Assembly: GCA_963666975.2 (NCBI GenBank)
Contig: CAXVYR010000004.1
Location: 352,001 to 416,000 of the forward strand
Reading direction: 5' to 3'
DNA from: Terriglobia bacterium
GTDB taxonomy: Bacteria; Acidobacteriota; Terriglobia; 2-12-FULL-54-10
DNA: 64,000 bases
Every line of letters starts with the position of its first letter. Position 1 is the first letter of the stretch. Positions 19,817 through 27,524 of the stretch are shown piece by piece. The notes beneath the pieces are model-generated. The model worked only from the letters and a program-made list of their open reading frames with translations. It made no database searches and was not told where the DNA came from. The translations under genes and the position numbers were made by a program.

Positions 19817-20839
19817 TTGGATAGCTTCTTGCATATCAAAGCATTGCCCTATCCGAAAAGGAGGACCCCTAAATTGAGCACGCTTCCGAACGAACCTTGC
19901 GTATTTCCACTGATCCCCCCGGTTATCACAAGCCAGCCCGTCACGGCTCTCCTTGACAAACCGCAACCAGTCGATAAGGCGGGCTGGCCACAGGCACAGG
20001 AGCAGGACCGGGCGACCATCCTCCTGACGCACCTGCCTCAGGTGCGCCTGATTGCCGAAAATATCCGCTCCCGAATAAGATTTCCCATCGAAGTAGACGA
20101 CCTGATCGGTTACGGCGTCCTCGGGTTAATGAAGGCCGTGGAGCGATTCGATCCCTCCCGCGGCATTCTCTTGAAGACTTATGCGGAGCATCGTATCCGT
20201 GGCGCGATCTTGGATGGATTGCGAGGCATGGACTGGGTCTCCCGGAGCATGCGGCAGAAAGAACGCGAATACAAGGAGAAGCTGCACCGGGCTGGCGACC
20301 CTTCTGTTAACTCGGAGGCTGAGGAGCTCCAGGAGAAAGCAGGCCCCAAAACCGGAGGCAGGGGTTATTCGCCGCCGGCTCTGCCCGTGCAAATTGTCTA
20401 TGCCGGATGGAATCTCGAAGATATGGAAGAGATGGTAAAGAAGGCGCATCTGCAGGAGGCCGGAAGCAAAAGCGCCAATAATCCGTCAACCCTCTTTGAG
20501 CACAAAGAAATGCGCCGCCGGCTGGCCCGGGCTATTTCCCACCTTCCCCGTCGCAACCGCAAGCTGCTTTACCTGTACTATTACCGTGAGCTCAGCATGA
20601 AGGAGATTGGACGAAGCCTCAAGGTTCACGAGTCCAGAGTTTCCCAACTCCACGCATCGACGATTGACCGGCTACGGAACTCTCTGGCGGGTTCTCGTAA
20701 AACAAAACACCTAACCGTTGCAAAGATAAAGAAAACCGCTCAACAACCGCTCGGCAAACCTTCAAAATATCGCGTAACGGCTTGCAGGTCCTCTTCGGTA
20801 TCCACTCCGATGGTGTCTGTCGGCGTTTCGGCCAGATGA
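19817..20839 (+). CDS. FliA/WhiG-family (sigma-28) RNA polymerase sigma factor
   Basis: DDLIGYGVLGLMKAVERFDP, TYAEHRIRGAILDGLR..DW, LYYYRELSMKEIG..L.VHESRVSQLH. Start codon uncertain. Confidence 0.85.
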   Translation: MDSFLHIKALPYPKRRTPKLSTLPNEPCVFPLIPPVITSQPVTALLDKPQPVDKAGWPQAQEQDRATILLTHLPQVRLIAENIRSRIRFPIEVDDLIGYGVLGLMKAVERFDPSRGILLKTYAEHRIRGAILDGLRGMDWVSRSMRQKEREYKEKLHRAGDPSVNSEAEELQEKAGPKTGGRGYSPPALPVQIVYAGWNLEDMEEMVKKAHLQEAGSKSANNPSTLFEHKEMRRRLARAISHLPRRNRKLLYLYYYRELSMKEIGRSLKVHESRVSQLHASTIDRLRNSLAGSRKTKHLTVAKIKKTAQQPLGKPSKYRVTACRSSSVSTPMVSVGVSAR

Positions 20840-21522
20840 ATCGGAATTCCATGCTCCAGGAAACGTAGCTGTTCCAGCCGCTCCGTTTGCTCCAGAAGCG
20901 AGGGCGGAAGCCCGACGAAACGCTCCAAGGCTTGCCGGCTATAGGCGTACAACCCCAGGTGCTTGAAATACGCCGGGGCGGAAGCAGCATCTCTTGGGTA
21001 AGGTATCGGCGCGCGGGAAAAATAAAGCGCCCTCCCCTCTGAATCCGTTACGACCTTTACGGCGTTGGGATTGACTGCCTCGGCCGGGTCGAGCGGTGTC
21101 TTCAAGCTCGTCACCTGGGTGAGCGGATTCCGGAAAAATGGATCGATCAGCAGTTGCAAGTGGGTGGCGTCGATCATCGGTTCATCGCCCTGGATATTCA
21201 CGTAAATCTCCGCAGGGATTCTTTGCATCACCTCATGTATCCGCTCCGTGCCGCTTTGATGGCTGCTTGCGGTCATCAACACCGGAACCTGATGCTGGGC
21301 GCAATATTCAGAGATCTGCCGGGAATCGGTGGCCACCCACAATTCGGTCAGCAGCCGACAAGCGCGCGACCGCTCAAATACATGATGCACCATCGCCCGC
21401 CCGCATATCGTTCGCAATGCCTTGCCGGGCAACCGCGTTGACTCCATCCGGGCGGGAATAACCCCCAATACCCTGGGTTGCTGCGATGGATTGCCAGAAG
21501 ACGCAGAAGACATTGTTTCCAT
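20740..21522 (-). CDS. kdsB: 3-deoxy-manno-octulosonate cytidylyltransferase
   Basis: VIPARMESTRLPGK, SGTERI, NIQGDEP, ALYFSRAPIP, HLGLYAY, LEQTERLEQLRFLE, GVDTEEDL. Start 21513 or 21522. Confidence 0.95.
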   Translation of the reverse strand: METMSSASSGNPSQQPRVLGVIPARMESTRLPGKALRTICGRAMVHHVFERSRACRLLTELWVATDSRQISEYCAQHQVPVLMTASSHQSGTERIHEVMQRIPAEIYVNIQGDEPMIDATHLQLLIDPFFRNPLTQVTSLKTPLDPAEAVNPNAVKVVTDSEGRALYFSRAPIPYPRDAASAPAYFKHLGLYAYSRQALERFVGLPPSLLEQTERLEQLRFLEHGIPIHLAETPTDTIGVDTEEDLQAVTRYFEGLPSGC

Positions 21523-21650
21523 TCCGCCGTGCCGGCTGAGCCTGCCCCATCCTTGCCGGTCGTCGCTTTCCGCTTTAACGCCGTAGCATTTCAGTATATT
21601 CCATCCGGCGCGCCTGGGCGGGCGAAAACCGTGCGGTATAATGCTTCCCG

Positions 21651-22025
21651 ATGCCTGCAAAAAGAAAACTGCTGGCCTGGGAGATTGCCGCCGGCATCAC
21701 GCTGCTGTTTTTCCTGAATCTGTGCCACATGCTTTTTCAGTGTGGCTGCCGCTCCTTGTGGAATGGAGCGGACCGCTATTGCAATATTCATACCGCCGGG
21801 GTGGCCCACTGCCCTTGGTGTAGTTACGGCTGGTGGGGCTTTATCATTACCGTGTCAACGATCCTGCTGGCCCAGACCGGCATCCTCTTTCTGCCGTCAA
21901 AGCTTTCCTTGCGGAATCGATGGATATTGAGTCTGGCTGCCTTTCCGGTTGTTGGAGCCATTGTCGGATTTCTATTTGCTGTATTTTCAGGCTATCCTGT
22001 TTTTCTGTGGTTTGCCTTAATGTGA
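21651..22025 (+). CDS. Small membrane protein with Cys/His-rich loop, function unknown
   Basis: Three hydrophobic segments; CHMLFQCGC..W......CNIH.....HCPWC; TATAAT 8 nt upstream of the ATG. Confidence 0.7.
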   Translation: MPAKRKLLAWEIAAGITLLFFLNLCHMLFQCGCRSLWNGADRYCNIHTAGVAHCPWCSYGWWGFIITVSTILLAQTGILFLPSKLSLRNRWILSLAAFPVVGAIVGFLFAVFSGYPVFLWFALM

Positions 22026-22097
22026 AAATGGTAACGCCTGTCCTGATGGCTTGCCGGGAAAGCCGCAGGCTCCGACACGGCAGAGGAAAGATTGCTC

Positions 22098-22838
22098 ATG
22101 GCTGAAATTGCTGACCTCGTGTTGTGGGAAAGAGCCTTCATGAAGGCCTACCCCTACCGGCAAGCTCGCTTGCCGCAGCCGGCTCCGATGCATCCGTTGC
22201 GAGAATCAAAAGTAGCCCTGGTCACTACGGCCGGTTTGCACATGCCGGATCAGCCGCCGTTCGATTCCTCCATCAAAGGGGGAGACTGTTCCTACCGCTG
22301 GATTCCGAACGACGTTGCCGTCCAGAAGCTCCTGACTGCCCACCGCAGCAAATCGTTCGCCCAAGCTGGCATCGCTCAGGATCGCAACCTTTGCTTTCCC
22401 CTGGACCGGTTTCGCGAGATGCTTTCCGAAGGGATCATCGGCAGCTTAAACCACCGTCATTTAAGTTTTATGGGATCGATCACCGCTCCCGGCAGGTTAC
22501 AAAAGAAGACGGCTCCCGAAGCTGCGCAGGAGTTGAAACAGGATGGAGTGGATATGGCCTTCTTGGTGCCCATTTGACCGATGTGCAACCAGGCCGTGGG
22601 CTTGATCCAAGGCATCATGGAAGCGGCCGGCATTGCGACGGTGTCGGTCAGCCTGCTCGCGGAAGTCACCCGAAAGGTGAAGCCGCCGCGGGCTTTGTTT
22701 GTGCCCTTCCCGCTCGGTTATCCGCTGGGAAAACCGCAGGACTCCGCCTTGCAGCGGAAGATCATTGAGGAATCGCTGAAACTATTGGAAAGGACAGACC
22801 TGCCCGTTTTGGAAGCGTTTCGTGAAGGCCCACAGTAA
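22098..22838 (+). CDS. PrdB/GrdB-like (proline/glycine reductase selenoprotein B family) selenoprotein, 246 aa, Sec160
   Basis: Track ORFs 22092-22577 and 22581-22838 are in one frame separated only by TGA (22575-22577): FLVPI-U-PMCNQAVGLIQ..EAAGIATV. Family-like motifs KVALVTTAG, GDCSYR.IP, DRNLCFPLDR, SFMG, PPRALFVPFPLGYPLG. Confidence 0.85.
22590..22604 (+). promoter_or_regulatory. Candidate bacterial SECIS hairpin
   Basis: CAGGCC-GUG-GGCUUG stem-loop beginning 12 nt after the UGA, with G at the first loop position. Confidence 0.55.
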
Positions 22839-22869
22839 GCCTGCTCCTGATCCGAATGTGCGCCCCCCG

Positions 22870-23179
22870 GACCGGCCGAACCTCCTGAATCCTGCAATCC
22901 CAGGAAAAAGTCTGGACCATCTGGACACGGCAGCTTCCGTCCTGGGCGTCGATTCTTGCAAACCGGTTCCGGTGGAAAACTAATCCTTTTCCCAGTGTGA
23001 ACATTTCGACACCAACCTTCCTCCGGGAGGACGGGGAAGCCTTGGCTATAACACGTTCCGGAACGACGGCGCGCATAATTGGAACTTTGCCAGGGGAAAA
23101 GGGTTTTACCTTCGGAAGAATTACGAATACGGCGAATCGAGGACGGATTATCCAGTTCACGCTGAGACTGCAAATGTAA
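22870..23179 (+). pseudogene. Degenerate C-terminal relic of an Oar-like TonB-dependent receptor
   Basis: Fragments DRPNLLNPAIPGKSLDHLDTAA and ...FGRITNTANRGRIIQFTLRLQM* resemble the end of these beta-barrels. Confidence 0.5.
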
Positions 23180-23525
23180 GGAACCCGGTTGTCTGCCGGG
23201 GAATCTGGCCCTGATCTTTCCGATAGTATCTGGCTTTTATTCTACTTTCCTTTTAAGCTACATTATTGCCTTCTCGTTTGGCATCCCTTCCATGAGAAAG
23301 GAAAGCCAGACCGGCGGCGATGTTAGCACTTTCTACTTTCGGCTTTAGTATGAGAGGAGGGGCTGGCGAGCGGTGCCAGCCCCTTAGTGGATCAAGGTGA
23401 AATGTATTTGTCTCAGTCTACCGAAGCTCAGAAATCACACAATAGCCCGAAAGTCACTTTTTCGCCGGTGTCTTTTGTACTAGTGCCGTAAACGCGCTGT
23501 ACCACCGGTTCTTGGACTACAAAAT

Positions 23526-24218
23526 GTGGAAGAAAAAATCTGTCTGATCATTCCCGCCCTCAATGAGGCCCCCTCGATTGGCCAGGTCCTGGACAGTTTG
23601 CCTCCCGGTTTGTTCTCCAGCGTGATCGTGGCAGACAACGGAAGCACGGACCGCACGGCGGAGATTGCGGCGGCCCGCGGCGTAACTGTAGTCCGGGAAA
23701 GCCGGCGGGGATACGGTCGTGCCTGCATGGCCGGAATGGCCGCGCTGCCGCCGGATTGCACTGTGGTCGTGTTCATGGACGCCGACGCCAGCGACGACCC
23801 GGCCGATGCCCACAAGCTGCTGGAGCCCATCTTGCGGCAAGAGGCCGACCTCGTGCTGGGCGCACGCCGCAGCACGGAACGCAACCAGCGCGTGATGGCT
23901 CCGCACCAACGTCTTGGAAATGCGCTCGCCATTCGCCTGATTCGTCTCTTGTTCCGTTTTCGATATTCCGATCTCGGTCCTTTTCGGGCAATTCGCTCCC
24001 ACCAGTTGCAGCTCCTTGAGATGCAGGACCCAACATACGGCTGGACGGTGGAGATGCAGGTAAAAGCCTTACTGCGCGGGTTGCGTGTCCAGGAGGTGCC
24101 GGTAAACTACCGTCTGCGGATCGGAAGCAGCAAAATCTCAGGCAACCTGCGGGCCAGCATCGCCGCCGGAGTAAAAATCCTGTGGACCATCGCCCGGCTT
24201 GCCGTGGCTCGCCATTAG
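23526..24218 (+). CDS. Glycosyltransferase family 2 (DPM1-like)
   Basis: IIPALNE, VADNGSTD, RGYGRAC, FMDADASD, YSDLGPFRAI, YGWTVEMQ. Confidence 0.92.
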   Translation: MEEKICLIIPALNEAPSIGQVLDSLPPGLFSSVIVADNGSTDRTAEIAAARGVTVVRESRRGYGRACMAGMAALPPDCTVVVFMDADASDDPADAHKLLEPILRQEADLVLGARRSTERNQRVMAPHQRLGNALAIRLIRLLFRFRYSDLGPFRAIRSHQLQLLEMQDPTYGWTVEMQVKALLRGLRVQEVPVNYRLRIGSSKISGNLRASIAAGVKILWTIARLAVARH

Positions 24219-24487
24219 AGCAATTTCAGGGTTGGTGTAGAGTGCTTCATAGCCCTGCAAGGGCGGCATAATCTAGCCCAGGGCGCAAGCCCTGGGACAA
24301 CGGGAGACCGGTATTACCCCAAGCCCCGGAGGGGCGAAAGACGCTCCGGCCCTCTTCTTTCGCCTCTTCCGGGGCTGATCCGGCGTGGCCTTTCCCACCC
24401 ACGACTGGCGCCGTGGGCTAAACCCTTGAGCCCCTTCGGGGCTTCACGAGCGTTCTGGAAAGCTATACACCAACTCTGGAATTGGTC
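24218..24487. mobile_element. MITE-like element (270 bp), TA-flanked, carrying internal REP-like palindromes
   Basis: 24216-24239 and 24466-24489 are 24-bp inverted repeats (3 mismatches, including the TA flanks). Internal hairpins CCCAGGGCGCAAGCCCTGGG and AGCCCCTTCGGGGCT. Confidence 0.7.
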
Positions 24488-25614
24488 TAGTTGAATATAT
24501 CTCTTACTTTTTCGGCGAGCTTTTTTTCGGCAGGTTGGTTGTCGGGTTTGGCGAGGGAGCCCAACTGTTCCAGCAAGCGCCGTTGCTCCCGGGTGAGGCG
24601 GGTGGGAGTTACGACATTCACATAAACGTAAAGATCGCCTCTGCCTCTGCCGTTGACGTGTGGGACGCCCTTCCCGCGAATCCGGAAACGGCTGCCCGAT
24701 TGAGTGCCTTCCGGGATCTGCAAACTCTCGTGGCCTTCCAGAGTAGGCACCTTGATCTTCGCTCCCAGGGATGCCTGCGGAAAGCTAACGGGAATCCGGC
24801 AAAACAGATTATGCTCCTCGCGCTCGAAAAAAGGGTGCTCTTGGACATACAGCACCACATAGAGGTCGCCGGGAGGGCCTCCTTGAAGACCCACTTCTCC
24901 TTCGCCGGAAACGCGCAGCTTACTGCCGGAATCCACGCCTGCCGGTATGCTCAACTCCAGGGTTTTTTCGCCGCGGACGCGCCCTTCCCCGCGGCAGTGA
25001 CCGCAGGGGTTTTTGAGAATTACCCCCGTCCCGGAGCAAGTGCCGCAGGTGCGATTAATGCTGAAGAAGCCCTGCTGGTATCTCAGGTGACCCTGTCCGC
25101 CGCAAGCGTGGCATTGGGTTGGACCCGTCCCCGGCTTGGCGCCGCTTCCGTTGCAGGCCGCGCACTTGTCCATGCGGGGAATCTTGATTTTGGTTTTAAC
25201 ACCGAAGGCGGCTTCTTCAAAGCTGATCTCCAGATCGTAGCGCAGATCCGCGCCGCGCTGGTTGCGGGCGCGCCTTTTCGCTCCCCTTCCCTCTCCAAAT
25301 AGATCCCCAAAACCAAACGCCCCGAAAATATCGCTGAACTCGGAAAAAATGTTGGGATCGAAACCGCTAAAGCCGCCGGCCCCGGAGAGTCCGGCATGGC
25401 CAAACTGGTCGTACCGGGCTTTTCGCTGCGGATCGCTGAGAACGCTGTAAGCCTCCGCAGCCTCCTTAAATTTCTCTTCGGCGTGCTCCTTATTATCCGG
25501 GTTCTTGTCCGGATGCCACTGCAGCGCCAGTTTCCGATAGGCTTTTTTGATCTCTTGCTCGCTTGCCGAGCGGGGCACGCCCAGCACTTCATAGAAATCT
25601 GGTTTTCCGTTCAA
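24487..25614 (-). CDS. dnaJ: Chaperone DnaJ
   Basis: J domain with HPD, G/F-rich region, four CxxCxGxG zinc-finger motifs. Confidence 0.97.
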   Translation of the reverse strand: MNGKPDFYEVLGVPRSASEQEIKKAYRKLALQWHPDKNPDNKEHAEEKFKEAAEAYSVLSDPQRKARYDQFGHAGLSGAGGFSGFDPNIFSEFSDIFGAFGFGDLFGEGRGAKRRARNQRGADLRYDLEISFEEAAFGVKTKIKIPRMDKCAACNGSGAKPGTGPTQCHACGGQGHLRYQQGFFSINRTCGTCSGTGVILKNPCGHCRGEGRVRGEKTLELSIPAGVDSGSKLRVSGEGEVGLQGGPPGDLYVVLYVQEHPFFEREEHNLFCRIPVSFPQASLGAKIKVPTLEGHESLQIPEGTQSGSRFRIRGKGVPHVNGRGRGDLYVYVNVVTPTRLTREQRRLLEQLGSLAKPDNQPAEKKLAEKVRDIFN

Positions 25615-25618
25615 AACT

Positions 25619-26254
25619 TCACTCCGGTTGGGTATCTGGGGGCTCTGCGGCAGCTCCCTCGGCAGGTTCGGCAGGCTGGGCAGGGTGCTTGGCGACCTTC
25701 ACCATAGCAGGACGCAAGAGGCGCTGCTTGAAGAAATAGCCTCTCTGCAACTCTTCCACGATTTGCTGGTCCGGGTATTCGCTGGTCTCTATCGTCATCA
25801 CGGCTTCGTGCAAACGGGGATCAAATTCATGGCCTTTGGACTCTACAGCCTCCAAGCCAAGCTTTTGGAGCGCATCTGAAAGTTGCTTATAGATCAGTCG
25901 CATGCCTTTGCGAAACTCATCGCCGCCATCGTCATCGCCCAGCGCCAATTCAAACCCGTCTAAGATGGGCAGCAAGGATTTGACAGCATCAAAGAGGCTG
26001 TATTTTAAAAATTCGCTTTTTTCCCGTTCCGTCCGTTTTCGGAAGTTTTCCAGGTCCGCCTGCTTGCGCAAGAGTTGGTCGAACAACTGCCTCTTTTCCG
26101 CAAGAAGCTTTTCTATTGTTTCTTCCAAATTTTCCGCGGGAGGGGCCGGGGCGGGAGTAAGATTCTCAGCCGAAGAGGACTCCTCCGGGGCTGGCGGAGG
26201 CGTTGCGAGCTGCTCGGAATCCGCCTTTTTTTTACTGCCGGGTTTGCCAGACAT
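25619..26254 (-). CDS. grpE: Nucleotide exchange factor GrpE
   Basis: [29 protein letters not shown]....LLRPAMVKV. Confidence 0.96.
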   Translation of the reverse strand: MSGKPGSKKKADSEQLATPPPAPEESSSAENLTPAPAPPAENLEETIEKLLAEKRQLFDQLLRKQADLENFRKRTEREKSEFLKYSLFDAVKSLLPILDGFELALGDDDGGDEFRKGMRLIYKQLSDALQKLGLEAVESKGHEFDPRLHEAVMTIETSEYPDQQIVEELQRGYFFKQRLLRPAMVKVAKHPAQPAEPAEGAAAEPPDTQPE

Positions 26255-26256
26255 GG

Positions 26257-27303
26257 TTAGTTCAGTTCCTGACTTTGAAACAGCCGTCCGATGTAACCCA
26301 CGGCGCGGATGACTCGTTCATAATGCATGCGGGCAGGACCCAATATTGCCAGGCGACCGGTTGCTTTTCCTTCCAAACAGTAGGGAGTCCCGATCAGTGC
26401 AAAGCTTTTCAGCAAGGAAGGCCGCCCGGGTAAGCCGATCACCACTTGCAGCGGATCGCCCGGACTCTGGATACATTCGTTGACGAGACGAACCAGATTT
26501 TCCTTTTCCTCCAGCGCCTTGAGCAATTCGCGGATGCTCTGCGGATCGGCCAGCTCGGGCTGGCCGATCAGGTTGGAAGCTCCCTCCAGAAAGACCTCCA
26601 CTTGGGAGATGTCTTCCAGCATCCCTTGCGCGTGGAGTTGTTGCAGGTCCTTCAGCACCTTGTCATAGGCAGCCCGTTCCGCTGCCAGCCGCTGGACCAG
26701 CTCCGCCTGAATCTTTCCAAACTCCCAGCCTCTAAAATGGTGGTTCAGGTACTTCGCCGCGCTATCCAAGTCTTCCTGCGACAGCTCGGCCTCCACTCGG
26801 ATGGTGTGGTTCCGAACCCGGGAGAGACCACAAACGATCACAACCAAAATTCGGTAATCGTTCATGCGCACAAAGTGGATGTGTTCGAGAATCGTCCTCT
26901 CCATCGGTTCACATACAACCAGCCCCAGGTTCCGGGAAATCTGGGACAACACCTTAGAGGTCCTTTCAAACACCACCTCTTCCGGGACACCTTCCTGCTC
27001 GCCCAGTTGGGAAAGGATTAGATTTTCATCCGCCCGGCTGGGCGGCTGATTGGCGTCACAGATGCTCACATAATACAGATACGCTTTGTCGGTAGGAATT
27101 CTCCCGGCGGAAGTATGCGGCTGCTCCAGATAGCCTTCCTCTTCCAACTCCAGCATGAGGTTCCGAATGCTGGCGGGGCTGAGCCCATCTTTCCGCTGGC
27201 GGGAAACTGCACGCGAACCCACGGGTTCCCCCGTCAGGATGTGGGTCCGAATCACAGCCATCAAAGTCTCGGAACTCCTGCCTTCAGGCATTCTTAGTTG
27301 CAT
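26257..27303 (-). CDS. hrcA: Heat-inducible transcription repressor HrcA
   Basis: TGEPVGSR, SPASIRN, GYLEQPHTSAGRIPTDK, LGPARMHY. Confidence 0.95.
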   Translation of the reverse strand: MQLRMPEGRSSETLMAVIRTHILTGEPVGSRAVSRQRKDGLSPASIRNLMLELEEEGYLEQPHTSAGRIPTDKAYLYYVSICDANQPPSRADENLILSQLGEQEGVPEEVVFERTSKVLSQISRNLGLVVCEPMERTILEHIHFVRMNDYRILVVIVCGLSRVRNHTIRVEAELSQEDLDSAAKYLNHHFRGWEFGKIQAELVQRLAAERAAYDKVLKDLQQLHAQGMLEDISQVEVFLEGASNLIGQPELADPQSIRELLKALEEKENLVRLVNECIQSPGDPLQVVIGLPGRPSLLKSFALIGTPYCLEGKATGRLAILGPARMHYERVIRAVGYIGRLFQSQELN

Positions 27304-27376
27304 CCCAGAACTGACTTCAGAATAAGGACTTATCTTTGAACTTCCCAGAACTTCTCGCCCAATACTCCCTGGCCTG

Positions 27377-27406
27377 ATTTTACTGGCCTCCCTGTAGTCC
27401 TGTCAA
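27377..27406 (-). promoter_or_regulatory. Sigma70 promoter of the hrcA-grpE-dnaJ operon
   Basis: Minus strand TTGACA-N18-TAAAAT. Confidence 0.6.
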
Positions 27407-27524
27407 GGCTGAGCCTGGCAGTGGAAGCGTTCTGCCAGGACACTCCGCTGGTTCCATTCCGCAGAAGAGGGGTTGCAGCGCTTCTTCGCTTCCACGGTAT
27501 TACTGGGGTATCACTGGAAGCGAC

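Noticed and set aside
23323-23349. TTAGCACTT as a CIRCE half-site
   Set aside because: No matching second arm and not upstream of a chaperone gene.
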